DNA from: Candidatus Dormiibacterota bacterium
Lineage (GTDB): Bacteria; Chloroflexota; Dormibacteria; Aeolococcales; Aeolococcaceae
Direction: 5' to 3'
DNA: 40,876 nucleotides
Assembly (NCBI GenBank): GCA_003170875.1
Contig: PMYJ01000035.1
Coordinates: forward strand, 1-40,876
The notes under the pieces were generated by a model. The model was given only the letters and a program-made list of their open reading frames with translations, ran no database searches and had not been told where the DNA came from. Shown here piece after piece: positions 18,917 through 28,100 of this stretch. Numbering within the stretch: the first letter of the stretch is position 1; each line of letters opens with the position of its first letter. The translations under genes were made by a program, and so were the position numbers.

Positions 18917-18945
18917 TTGTCAGGTGCCACCGATGTTGGTATTCT
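18917..18945 (+). promoter_or_regulatory. sigma70-type promoter of the deoR-TIM-aldolase-HAD operon
   Basis: TTGTCA-N17-TATTCT upstream of the AGGAGG RBS. Confidence 0.6.
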
Positions 18946-18985
18946 GTGGAATAATCCGCGTTTGTTCCTCTATCAGGAGGCGAGT

Positions 18986-19804
18986 ATGGAGCCACTCCGC
19001 CGACGCATCCCCGCGGATCGCCAGCGAGTTATCGCGTCAATCGTTCGGCAGAGCGGCAGCGTACGGGGCAGTGAGCTGGTCGACATCCTTGGCGTCACGG
19101 ACGAGACGATCAGGCGAGATCTGCTCCAGCTCGCCCTGAGCGGCGCGGTGCGACGGTCTCGAGGCGGAGCGGTCGCCATCAGCCCACTGGATGAGTCGAA
19201 CACGGATCTCCGCCTCCGTGAGCACGCCGCCGAGAAGATCGCAATCGGAACTCGGGCGGCTGACCTCGTCGAGGATGGCAGCCGGATCATCCTGGATTCG
19301 GGGACCACCACCCTTTGCCTCGCGCGAGCTCTGCGCCAGAAGCGGAACCTGACCGTGGTCACCACCGCGGTTACGCACGCCGTCGAGTTGATGGGGATCG
19401 CTGGAGCCACGGTTGTCATGACCGGCGGAGTGATCCGGCCCGCAACGTACGGGGCGAGCGGGCAGCTCGCTGTTGCAACGATTCGCGAAGTGCACGTCGA
19501 GCAGGTGTTTCTTGCGATTCACAGCGTTTCGGTCAAGGGCGGGCTCACCTACCCGAGCTTCGAGGAGGTCGAGGTGAAGCGCGCCATGATCGGTGCCGCC
19601 AGACGAGTGATCCTCCTGGCCGACCATTCGAAATTCGGCCGCGAGGCCTTCGTCAAGGTCGCGCCGATGCTTGCCGTCCATACCATCGTCACCACCCCTG
19701 GAATCGATCCCGCCGAGGCAGACGCGATACGCGAGCTCGGCATCGAGCTGATCGTGGCGCCCCTAGCAATCGAGTCGACCGATGCATCGTCGGTGACAAC
19801 CTGA
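18986..19804 (+). CDS. DeoR/GlpR family transcriptional regulator
   Basis: VTDETIRRDL HTH, RSRGGA, ILDSGTT, LADHSKFG; AGGAGG RBS. Confidence 0.93.
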   Translation: MEPLRRRIPADRQRVIASIVRQSGSVRGSELVDILGVTDETIRRDLLQLALSGAVRRSRGGAVAISPLDESNTDLRLREHAAEKIAIGTRAADLVEDGSRIILDSGTTTLCLARALRQKRNLTVVTTAVTHAVELMGIAGATVVMTGGVIRPATYGASGQLAVATIREVHVEQVFLAIHSVSVKGGLTYPSFEEVEVKRAMIGAARRVILLADHSKFGREAFVKVAPMLAVHTIVTTPGIDPAEADAIRELGIELIVAPLAIESTDASSVTT

Positions 19805-19921
19805 CTGAATCTCATGGAAGACCTTGGTGCCAACCATGTCAACGACGGTCGTAATCCGGAAGTTCGAAGCGTGCCGACGTTCGTGACAGATCCCCCAGAC
19901 CAGCGCGCCGTCCGGCGACCC

Positions 19922-20689
19922 ATGCGTCCTCTCATCGGCACCAGTTGGAAGATGCATCTGACCGCGAGCCAGGCGGTCCAATACTTGCAAACACTGCGAC
20001 CACTCGTTGCGGATCTCACAGATCGAGACCTCTTCGTTCTGCCGGCATATCCCGCGATCCCGGTCGCTCGAGAGCAACTGGATGGGAGCAACATCGCCTG
20101 GGGCGCTCAGGACGTCCACCCGGAAGACTGGGGTGCGCACACCGGTGATGTGTCCGCGCCGATGCTAGCGGACTTGGGCTGTCGCTACGTCGAGGTCGGG
20201 CACTCTGAGCGTCGGCGCGAACACGGCGAGACGACGGACGTGGTCGCACGAAAGATCGCCGCCGTCGCCCGCTGGGGTATGACGCCGATCCTCAGCATCG
20301 GCGATCAGCATCGTCACGGTCCCCAGGCTGCTCTAGCGGAGTTGATGCCGAGCCTCGAGCGCTTGCTGGCCGGCCTCCCGCGAGAATCTCTGGGCGATCT
20401 GGTCATCGCGTACGAGCCAGCTTGGGCGATCGGCGAAGGCGCCGCACCAGCCTCACCGGAGGAAGTCGGGGCCGTGCTTCGCGAGCTCCGCGCTTCGCCG
20501 CTCTTGAAAGGGGTCGAAGCATCTGGCGTTCGCCTGATCTACGGCGGCAGTGTCGACCAATCGATAGCCGAGGAGATGCTCAGCCAGCCGTGCGTCGACG
20601 GCCTGTTCATCGGACGGCAGGGACTTGATCCTTACACCTTCGCTGCACTGGCACGTACCCCCTGTTGTATGTCACACAGTGAGCCCTGA
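19922..20689 (+). CDS. Triosephosphate isomerase family, EryH (L-erythrulose-1-phosphate isomerase)-like
   Basis: GTSWKM (not GNWKM), GHSERR, AYEPAWAIG, YGGSV, DGLFIGR (not GxLVGGAS). Start uncertain (19814-19922). Confidence 0.85.
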   Translation: MRPLIGTSWKMHLTASQAVQYLQTLRPLVADLTDRDLFVLPAYPAIPVAREQLDGSNIAWGAQDVHPEDWGAHTGDVSAPMLADLGCRYVEVGHSERRREHGETTDVVARKIAAVARWGMTPILSIGDQHRHGPQAALAELMPSLERLLAGLPRESLGDLVIAYEPAWAIGEGAAPASPEEVGAVLRELRASPLLKGVEASGVRLIYGGSVDQSIAEEMLSQPCVDGLFIGRQGLDPYTFAALARTPCCMSHSEP

Positions 20690-20743
20690 CCGGTGGACAG
20701 ATGCCAGGAGCAGCCACCAATCATCTGAAGGGAAGGTGCAGCC

Positions 20744-21598
20744 ATGCCTGTCGTACGGACCAAAGCCATCCTCGAGCGCGCTTTCGAGGAGCGCTACGGA
20801 GTTGCCGCGATCAACGTGGTGGACGAACTGACCATGGAGGCGGTCCTGGCGGCCGCTGAAGAGCTGCGCGCGCCAGTCATCGTCCAGACCTCAGTCAAGC
20901 ACGTTGTGATGACCGGGGTTGGGGTCATGTACGCGATGTGGCGTGAGTTGACCAAGACGATCACCGTCCCGGTTGCGCTCCACCTCGACCACTGCCCCGA
21001 CCGTACCTTGATCAGCGAGTGTCTGGCCGCCGGCTGGAGCTCGGTGCTCTTCGACGCCAGCAAGCTGACGGTGGAGGAGAACATGCGCCAGTGCATCGAG
21101 GTGGTCGCCGAGGCGCGCCGCCACGGGGCTGACGTGGAGGGCGAGATCGAGGGCTTCAAGCGGACCGAGGAGATGACCGGCGACGAGGCGGAGCACGTCC
21201 AGTCGCTGAAGACGGTGGTCGAGTTCGTCCAGGCCACCGGGGTCGACGTCTTCGCCCCCGCGATCGGCAACGCCCACGGGGTGTACGCGACCACCCCCCA
21301 CCTGGACAGCCAGCGGGTCACCGACATCGTCGAGGCCACCGGCATCCCGGTCGCCCTCCACGGCGGGACGGGGATGACCCCCGAGCAGTTCAGCGATCTG
21401 ATCAGCCGAGGCTGCGCCAAGGTCAACATCTCGACCGCGCTGAAGATCGCCTTCATGAAATCCGGGTACGAGTACATGAGCGCGCATCCCGGGGAGTACG
21501 ATCCGCCGGCGATCTTCAAGGCCCAGCGGGGCGCGGTTATGGACATGGCCCGGCACCACATCCGCCTCTTCGGGAGCGAAGGGAAGGCGTGGGCGTGA
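20744..21598 (+). CDS. Class II fructose/tagatose-bisphosphate aldolase family
   Basis: LHLDH, VEGEI, IGNAHG, LHGGTG, KVNIST. Confidence 0.92.
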   Translation: MPVVRTKAILERAFEERYGVAAINVVDELTMEAVLAAAEELRAPVIVQTSVKHVVMTGVGVMYAMWRELTKTITVPVALHLDHCPDRTLISECLAAGWSSVLFDASKLTVEENMRQCIEVVAEARRHGADVEGEIEGFKRTEEMTGDEAEHVQSLKTVVEFVQATGVDVFAPAIGNAHGVYATTPHLDSQRVTDIVEATGIPVALHGGTGMTPEQFSDLISRGCAKVNISTALKIAFMKSGYEYMSAHPGEYDPPAIFKAQRGAVMDMARHHIRLFGSEGKAWA

Positions 21599-22392
21599 GC
21601 GCCATCATCTTCGACTGCGACGGCGTGCTTGCGGACACCGAGCGGTACGGCCATCTGCCCGCTTTCAACCAGACCTTCCGGGAGGTGGGGGTGCCCCTGG
21701 AGTGGTCGGAGGAGGAGTACGGCCGCAAGCTCCAGATCGCGGGTGGCAAGGAGCGGATGGCCAGCGAGCTCACCCCCGAATTCAGCCGCGCCCACGGCCT
21801 GCCGGAGGATCCCGACGGCAGGGCTGCGCTGCTCGCCTCCTGGCACCGGCGCAAGACCCAGATCTACACCGAGATGGTGACCGCTGGGAAGCTGCCCCCG
21901 CGGCCCGGGATCCGGCGGATCATCGCCGCGGCGCAGGACGCGGGGTGGAAGCTGGCGGTGGCCTCGACCTCGGCGGAGCCTTCGGTGCGGGCGATCCTGG
22001 AGCGCGCCGCCGGCCCGGCGCGCGCGGCACGCTTCGACGTGGTTCTGGCCGGGGACTGCGTGCCGCACAAGAAGCCGGCACCCGACATCTACCTGCTCGC
22101 CCTGGAGAGGCTCGAGGCTGACCCCACCGACGTGCTCGTCATCGAGGACTCACGCAACGGCCTCGAGGCGGCCCACGCTGCGGGTCTACGCTCTCTCATC
22201 ACGGTGAACGGCTACACCGAGCACGAGGACTTCTCTGCGGCCGACCTGGTCGTCTCGTCGCTGGGTGACCCCGGTGGCGAGGAGACAGTGGTCATCGCCA
22301 ATCGGAGCCCGGCGAGGCCGCGAGCGTTCATCACACTCGCCGACCTGAAGAATCTCGTCAAGCCGGGTGAAGTTCAGGGTCAAGCCGGATAG
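21595..22392 (+). CDS. HAD-IA hydrolase, CbbY-like sugar-phosphate phosphatase
   Basis: FDCDGVLADTERYGH..AFN, YG..L.IAGGKERM, KKPAPDIY, IEDSRNG; GTGA coupling to the aldolase. Confidence 0.88.
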   Translation: MSAIIFDCDGVLADTERYGHLPAFNQTFREVGVPLEWSEEEYGRKLQIAGGKERMASELTPEFSRAHGLPEDPDGRAALLASWHRRKTQIYTEMVTAGKLPPRPGIRRIIAAAQDAGWKLAVASTSAEPSVRAILERAAGPARAARFDVVLAGDCVPHKKPAPDIYLLALERLEADPTDVLVIEDSRNGLEAAHAAGLRSLITVNGYTEHEDFSAADLVVSSLGDPGGEETVVIANRSPARPRAFITLADLKNLVKPGEVQGQAG

Positions 22393-22421
22393 CGGGAAGC
22401 CCAACGGTCGAGCCGACGCCA

Positions 22422-22472
22422 GACACCTGCGGAAGGTGTCAGCCAGGCGGCGGCCCCGCCGCCAGGCGGGGC
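22422..22472. terminator. Two GC hairpins between convergent HAD and RLP genes
   Basis: GACACCT/AGGTGTC and GCCCCGCC/GGCGGGGC stems; no U-tracts. Confidence 0.4.
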
Positions 22473-22510
22473 GAGGGGCGCTGATACGGCGGAGTCAGGC
22501 CGCCGAGAGG

Positions 22511-23830
22511 TCAGGCCGTCATCAGGTCGTAATTGCCCTTGACCCCGGTTTCGGAGATGCCCCAGGTGGCGAGCGCCGCCGCCAGCTCGGGCTCCTGGAC
22601 CCGGTCGCTGCGGATGAAGCCGTCGTCGGCCATCACCGCGTCGATTGCCTGGCGCAGGGCGCGTGTGCCCGCCGTCGGCCCGAGCGGGTGGCCATGGACG
22701 GCGCCGCCGGCGCCGACGATGAAGTCACGCCCCATGTCGTTGAAGAGCAGGGGCAGCATGCCCGGGTGGACGCCGCCGCCCGGCATCGGCCAGGAGCGCT
22801 TGATGTCGTGGAAGCGCCCGGTGAGGGCCTGGGCGATGCGCAGGTGCTTGGCGGGCAGCAAGGACAACTTGCCGTACGGGCTGGGATAGACCACCAGGTC
22901 GGCTCCGGCCAGGCGGGGCAGCTTGCCGAGGATGAGGTGAGAGCTCACCCCCGACCAGGGATCGCCGTATATGGCCCCGGAGAAGTTGAGGTGGGCCAGC
23001 AGCGGGACGTTGATGGCGGGATCGTCGGCCAGCATCGAGAGGGCTGAGATGCCAACCACGAGGTAGCTGACCATCAGCGCCGAGGCGCCGGCCTCCACGG
23101 CGCGGTGGGCATTCTCCACCAGCCGGTCGGGCCGGTCGGTGATGTTGACGAAGTAGAGGGTGCGGTGGCCGGTCTGCTCGAAGGCCGCCTTGGCCGCCGC
23201 CTCGTGCTCGCGGACCCGATCCAGGAAGTGGCTCCAGGGATGGGAGACCACAATCTCGTCGTCCTTGACCCCGTCCGCGCCGCCCAGGGCGGCCTGGTAG
23301 AAGGCTTCGGCACTCTGCTTGGGGGTGAGACCGATCGAGGGCTTGACCATGACCACCAGCAGCGGACGGTCGGGCACGCCGAGCAGCTCGCGCATTCCCG
23401 CAATGCCGAATTTGGGCCCCGCGAAATCGTTGGTGTAGGCCCGCGGGAAGGCGAGGTCGAGCAGCTTGAGCCGGCCCGCCGAGGCGATTTCACCGTAGAC
23501 CATGGTCAGCATCAGCGGGATCTGCGGTCCCACGTTGTGGACCGGGTAGGCGATCTGCAGGACCCAATCCCGGGTGCGCAGGTCGTGGGGGAGGCTGAAC
23601 TCGTGGTCCGGTACCTCCCAGATGGAGATGATCTTGCCCACGTGGCGCTCGCGCACCTCGGAGGTCTCGCCTTCCAGGCTGACCCAGGTCCCACCCGACT
23701 GTTGCTCGGAGATTGCCGCAGCCAGCTTGTGGATGTTGGCGGTGGCGCTCGTCTGGTAGAGGTAGGTGGCCAGGATGTGGGTGTCGAGGTCGACCCCCTC
23801 CGGAATCGGAAACGCGATCGGGTCGTACAT
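22511..23830 (-). CDS. Form IV RuBisCO-like protein (RLP)
   Basis: SGGTW, FAGPKFGI.G.R, VKPSIGL, GVKDDE, RLAGAD, PSPYGK, PGGGVHPG, GGAVHGHP; no rbcS or prk in the window. Confidence 0.93.
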   Translation of the reverse strand: MYDPIAFPIPEGVDLDTHILATYLYQTSATANIHKLAAAISEQQSGGTWVSLEGETSEVRERHVGKIISIWEVPDHEFSLPHDLRTRDWVLQIAYPVHNVGPQIPLMLTMVYGEIASAGRLKLLDLAFPRAYTNDFAGPKFGIAGMRELLGVPDRPLLVVMVKPSIGLTPKQSAEAFYQAALGGADGVKDDEIVVSHPWSHFLDRVREHEAAAKAAFEQTGHRTLYFVNITDRPDRLVENAHRAVEAGASALMVSYLVVGISALSMLADDPAINVPLLAHLNFSGAIYGDPWSGVSSHLILGKLPRLAGADLVVYPSPYGKLSLLPAKHLRIAQALTGRFHDIKRSWPMPGGGVHPGMLPLLFNDMGRDFIVGAGGAVHGHPLGPTAGTRALRQAIDAVMADDGFIRSDRVQEPELAAALATWGISETGVKGNYDLMTA

Positions 23831-23902
23831 CGTTAACTCACTTCCAATAGGGTTGGTCGTTCTCGTGCCGGAACTCCCTCGGTTGCTGGGCTGCGCCCCG
23901 GC

Positions 23903-24910
23903 TCAGGCACTCCTCGCCTCCGCCTGCAGGGATGGCGGTTCGGCCACGGCGACGTCGAGGATGCGGCGGGCCGTGGTCTCGTCGACGATCAGCACCCCGA
24001 CGACGCCGGTGCGCAGCGCGCCGAGCAGGGTCGGCGCCTTATCGGCACTCTCGCTGGCGGTCACGATCACCATGCCTACGTTGTGCAGCTGGTCCAGGGT
24101 GAGGCCGACGATGCGATCGCTGAACGGGGAGCTGATCACCCGCCCGTCGGCGTCGAAGTAATTGCCCAGGATGTCGCCAACCGCGCCGGCGGAACGCAGC
24201 CGCTGCATCTCGGCCAGCGAGCAGCAGCCGCTCCGCACCATGGTGCAGCCGTCGTCGGTGCCGCCCGCGCCGACCACCGCGATCCGCGCCTCGGCGGCGA
24301 TGCGCAGGGTGTGGGCGACCGCCTCTTGGCGAAGCAGCCGGTCGCGCATCGCCCGGCTCTCCACGAAGGCCGGGGCAAACAGGCTCTCCCAGCGGCCACC
24401 GGCGCGCTCGGCAAGGGCGCGGCAGATGTCGTTGGGGTTGGTCGGTGCGTCCATCCTCGGGGAGCCGCCCATGGCGCTGACGAAGGTGCAGTCGAGCGGG
24501 CGCGCCGTCCGGAAGGCGGCGGCCAGCTCGCCAGTGTTGCGGCCCATGCCCACAGCGATCACCCCGCCCCGGCGGATGTGCCGCTCCAGGTAGCCGGCGG
24601 CGGACCTGGCGACGGCGCGCCGCTGGGCCTGGGGATCGGGATCACTGGGGGTCACGATGGCGTCCGCGAGCTGGAAGGTGGTGCGCAGCCGTGGCTCCAG
24701 GGCTGCCGCCGCGGCGGACGGCCCGATGATCCGGATGTCGACCACCCCGTTCTCCCGGGCGCGTCCGAGCAGGCGCTGCACCTTGGGCCGCGAGAAGCCC
24801 AGCTCGCGCCCGATCTCGACCTGGGACTTGCCCTCGATGAAATAGCGGTAGGCGATGCGCACCAGGAGCTGCTGGTCGGTGCGGGAACGCGGGGTCGGCA
24901 GTATCGTCAC
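23903..24910 (-). CDS. SorC/DeoR-type sugar-binding transcriptional regulator (LsrR/EryD-like)
   Basis: AYRYFIEGKSQVEIG..LGFSRPKVQRLL HTH; GMGRN, AVGDILG.YFDADG, LIVDE. Confidence 0.92.
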   Translation of the reverse strand: MTILPTPRSRTDQQLLVRIAYRYFIEGKSQVEIGRELGFSRPKVQRLLGRARENGVVDIRIIGPSAAAAALEPRLRTTFQLADAIVTPSDPDPQAQRRAVARSAAGYLERHIRRGGVIAVGMGRNTGELAAAFRTARPLDCTFVSAMGGSPRMDAPTNPNDICRALAERAGGRWESLFAPAFVESRAMRDRLLRQEAVAHTLRIAAEARIAVVGAGGTDDGCTMVRSGCCSLAEMQRLRSAGAVGDILGNYFDADGRVISSPFSDRIVGLTLDQLHNVGMVIVTASESADKAPTLLGALRTGVVGVLIVDETTARRILDVAVAEPPSLQAEARSA

Positions 24911-24918
24911 GATGAATC

Positions 24919-24985
24919 GATCATTTGCTCACTAAATGAGCAGAAGCCATAGCCGCACGCTAGCACAGCCCTCGCTGACTGGCAA
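24919..24985 (-). promoter_or_regulatory. Promoter and operator of the sorC-like/RLP unit
   Basis: Minus strand TTGCCA-N17-TAGCGT with TG extension (24985-24957); palindrome TGCTCA-N5-TGAGCA at 24926-24942. Confidence 0.65.
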
Positions 24986-25039
24986 GCGTCCTTCGGCCCG
25001 GGTCCTCACAGAAGCGTCAAGACACCGGATTCGGCCCCC

Positions 25040-26158
25040 TCAGCCGGCGCTGGCGGGCCCTGCTGGGAGGGCGGCCACCCGGGCCGCGAAGGCGGAGATC
25101 TCCGCCTCCCCCTGCAGCGCCCCCACCTCCAGCCGGTAGGCGCGCTCCTCACCCGGCGCCAGCCACTGCAGCTCCTTCCTGGCCTGGGCGTCGAAGCGCC
25201 CCGCGTCACGGTTGGTGGTGGGCTCGAGGGCGACCCCATAGGTGCCCTCACCGAGCATCCGCCAGAGCGTGTGGAAGGGCATCGCCCGATGGTCGAAGAG
25301 CTCGTACACGCCCAGGCCGAGGGCATCGTTGACCAGCGCCACCGGAGCGGTGCCATCGGGCTCCGCGTGCACCACGTGCTCGAAGCATTGCTCGGGCCAG
25401 TGCGGTATCGGTGCGCTCATTACCCGGTAGCCGGGGACCAGCCCCGCCGCGTCCACGGGCGGCACCTCCGCAGCAGGGATCAGCAGCCGGGCACCCTCGT
25501 CGAGCACCGGGTATCCGACGTTGACGTGGTACAGCATCATGTGGCTGGTGCTCTCGAAGCCCACGTTGACCACCCGGTCGCTGATGCGCAGCGCCGAGGT
25601 GCCCACGGTGACCTCGATCCGCCGTCGCAGTTCGAGTGCCTCAGCGTAAACCGCCGCCTGGCGGACCACGCCCTCCGCCCAGAGGATGCAGTCATCGCCC
25701 TCCCAGGTCTCGCCGTAACCGAGCAGGCGGGCTGGCAGCATGCCGATGCGGCCGTGCAGCCCGTACTCGACCGCCGGCTGGATGGCCTGGTGGAAATGCT
25801 CCGCGGAGTCCCGGCCCCCGATCAGGGTGTGATCGAGACCGCAGGTGACCACCATGCCGCCGCCCCAGCTGCGCAGCCAGCCCAGGCCCATCGGATCCGA
25901 ATACCACGGAGCCACAACGTCCGCGCTGGAAAGCCAGGTCAGGGATCGCCCACTCAGGGCGCAGCGGCCGATGTCGAACGCACGGTCCACAAGCACGTCG
26001 AACTCGAAACCGCTGCCGCTGCGAAACTCCAGAACCCGCACGCCTCGGGAGATGCCGTCGCCGAGAGTCACGAGGCGCACCCCGGCCACCTGCTCCAGTC
26101 TCCCGACCCGCTTCATCAACGCAGCCCTCGCCAGATCGGACCCGAAAAGCCTGGTCAT
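25040..26158 (-). CDS. DUF4432 / aldose 1-epimerase-like protein
   Basis: RGVRVLEFRSGSG..F.VLVDRAFDI, GG..TCGL, YGLHGR, LYHVN.G, LEP; GGAGG RBS. Confidence 0.88.
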   Translation of the reverse strand: MTRLFGSDLARAALMKRVGRLEQVAGVRLVTLGDGISRGVRVLEFRSGSGFEFDVLVDRAFDIGRCALSGRSLTWLSSADVVAPWYSDPMGLGWLRSWGGGMVVTCGLDHTLIGGRDSAEHFHQAIQPAVEYGLHGRIGMLPARLLGYGETWEGDDCILWAEGVVRQAAVYAEALELRRRIEVTVGTSALRISDRVVNVGFESTSHMMLYHVNVGYPVLDEGARLLIPAAEVPPVDAAGLVPGYRVMSAPIPHWPEQCFEHVVHAEPDGTAPVALVNDALGLGVYELFDHRAMPFHTLWRMLGEGTYGVALEPTTNRDAGRFDAQARKELQWLAPGEERAYRLEVGALQGEAEISAFAARVAALPAGPASAG

Positions 26159-26291
26159 CCGACACCTCCGCGCCGCTCCAATGGAGCCAACCCGTGATTG
26201 CCGCTGCTTCCCCTCCCCCGGTCGATCGGCTCGACCCGCAGGGGCTTCCGCTCCGAGGTCCTGAACGGCGTCAAGGCGCGCCGTCCCGGGC

Positions 26292-27341
26292 TCAGCGGGA
26301 CTGGCGGAGCAGGGATTCGTCCGCAGGGCTCAGCCGCTTCGTCACGTTGGCCGCCTGGTGCCAGTATGGATAGAGCAACGTGGGTTGTGAGACCCGGTCG
26401 AGCTCGGCTTGGTCCGCAGGGTCCAGGGCCAGCTCAGCCGCACCCAGGTTGATCTCCAGCTGCGCCAGGTCACGCGCGCCGACCACCACAGAGGTTACCG
26501 CCGGCTTGCCGATGAGATAGGCGAGGGCGACGGCGGCCGGGGACGCGCCGTGGCGCTCGGCAACGTTCACCAGCACCTCGATCACGTCATACACCGGATC
26601 CCAGTCACTGACCGGCGGCTCACCCCAGTCGGTGGTGTGACGGGCGCCCTCCGGCCAGGCTTGACCGCGGCGGTACTTGCCGGACATCAACCCACCCGCC
26701 AGGGGACTCCAGATCAGCAGGCCAAGTCCTTGGTCGATCGCCGCCGGGACCAGCTCGTACTCGGCCTCGCGGCCAATCATCGAGTAGTAGATCTGATGGC
26801 TGACGAACCGCTGGAGCCCCAACCGGTCCGAGATCCCGAGCGCCTTCATCAGGTGCCAGGCCGAGTAGTTGGAGCAGCCAATGTAGCGAACCTTGCCTTG
26901 GTGCACCAGGGTGTCCAGGGCATCCATGGTTTCCTCGGGCGGCGTCTTTCCGTCCCACTGGTGCGCCTGGTAGAGGTCGATGTGGTCGGTCTGGAGCCGC
27001 CGGAGGCTGCGCTCGCAGGCGGCAATGATGTGGTCTCGGGAGAGCCCCTCATCGTTGGGGCCATGCCCGGTCGGAACGCCCACCTTGGTGGCGATCAGGA
27101 TGTCGTCACGTCGTCCCTTCAGCACCTCGCCGACGATCTCCTCGGACCTGCCGTAGGAGTAACAGTCCGCGGTGTCGATCAAGTTCACCCCTGCCGACAG
27201 TGCACGGTCGACGAGCTGTCGAGCCTGATCGACCTCGAGCTCACCCACGCGGCGGTAGCCGCCCTTCCCCCCGAATGTCATGGTTCCAAGCGTCACCGTC
27301 GAAACCAGGATTCCGGAACGCCCGAGTTGGCGGTATTCCAT
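26292..27341 (-). CDS. Aldo/keto reductase
   Basis: LGTMTFG, DTADCYS, ATK, IDLYQAH, GKVRYIGCSN, WSPLAGG. Confidence 0.94.
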   Translation of the reverse strand: MEYRQLGRSGILVSTVTLGTMTFGGKGGYRRVGELEVDQARQLVDRALSAGVNLIDTADCYSYGRSEEIVGEVLKGRRDDILIATKVGVPTGHGPNDEGLSRDHIIAACERSLRRLQTDHIDLYQAHQWDGKTPPEETMDALDTLVHQGKVRYIGCSNYSAWHLMKALGISDRLGLQRFVSHQIYYSMIGREAEYELVPAAIDQGLGLLIWSPLAGGLMSGKYRRGQAWPEGARHTTDWGEPPVSDWDPVYDVIEVLVNVAERHGASPAAVALAYLIGKPAVTSVVVGARDLAQLEINLGAAELALDPADQAELDRVSQPTLLYPYWHQAANVTKRLSPADESLLRQSR

Positions 27342-27564
27342 AGGATCGCAACCTCCGTCTGATCATTCCGCGCGGCTCGATGCCACGGTTGGTGCCAGCG
27401 GCACCCGCAAGCTGGGCTTGGCGATCGGTGACGATGAGGAGGGGCTCGATAACGGCCACAGTGCCCATTTCCGCGGAACTCGTTCAACCGCCATTCCGTT
27501 CGTCTCGAACCGTTGCCGCGCTGATCCCACCAGGGGCGCGGAGATTATCGCACGCGGCACACCC

Positions 27565-27848
27565 CTAGTTTCGCGGTCGATCGTTGCCGTACTCCTCATC
27601 GAAACGGAGCGGCTCCAGGTCGGTCCCGGCCAGAGTCGGGCCGCCCATCACTCCCACAGACTTGTTCCCGCATCCACGATAACCCGCCCGGGTTGACGGC
27701 TTATCACGGTGGTGGCCTCGCTCAGGGCCGTCTCGAAGTCGCCGAGTCGCTGGGCATGGAAGTTGTCCATTGGCAGGTAAGTTCCTGCCTGGACCTCGGT
27801 GACGTCGGGACGCTCAGCGGTCAGTCTCCACGTCACCGTGCCGCCCGG
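27565..27848 (-). pseudogene. Frameshifted fragment of a D-threonine aldolase/DSD1-family PLP enzyme
   Basis: GGTVTW...TEVQAGTYLPMD...TTVISRQPGRVIVDAG, then after a frameshift NKSVG...LRFDEEYG; paralogous to 31957-33054. Confidence 0.75.
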
Positions 27849-27947
27849 ACATTGCGGCGAACAAGCTAAACCTACTACACGGCGCAATGCGGGCAGAGCT
27901 GGCGAAAGCCCCCCTTGCGTTCCGCCGCTGTCCACGTGACCTACATT

Positions 27948-27998
27948 GTTCGCGAACGCTTGACAAAGCTCCAGGGGCGGTGAAGAATTTCCGAAATC
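27948..27998 (+). promoter_or_regulatory. Putative promoter/operator of the permease operon
   Basis: TTGACA at 27960-27965; palindrome GTTCGCGAAC at 27948-27957; near-palindrome ATTTCCGAAAT downstream; weak -10. Confidence 0.35.
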
Positions 27999-28100
27999 TA
28001 GGTGATGACCCAGCGTTGAGGGAGCCAGGGCGGCGGGGGGTCGACCCCCAGCCGAGGAGGGCGCTGCGGTCCAGCAGCCGGGTTGTAGAAGGGTGAGGCG

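Noticed and set aside
22511-23830. Naming the RLP mtnW (methionine salvage)
   Set aside because: No mtn genes nearby, sugar-regulator context and residue differences from MtnW.
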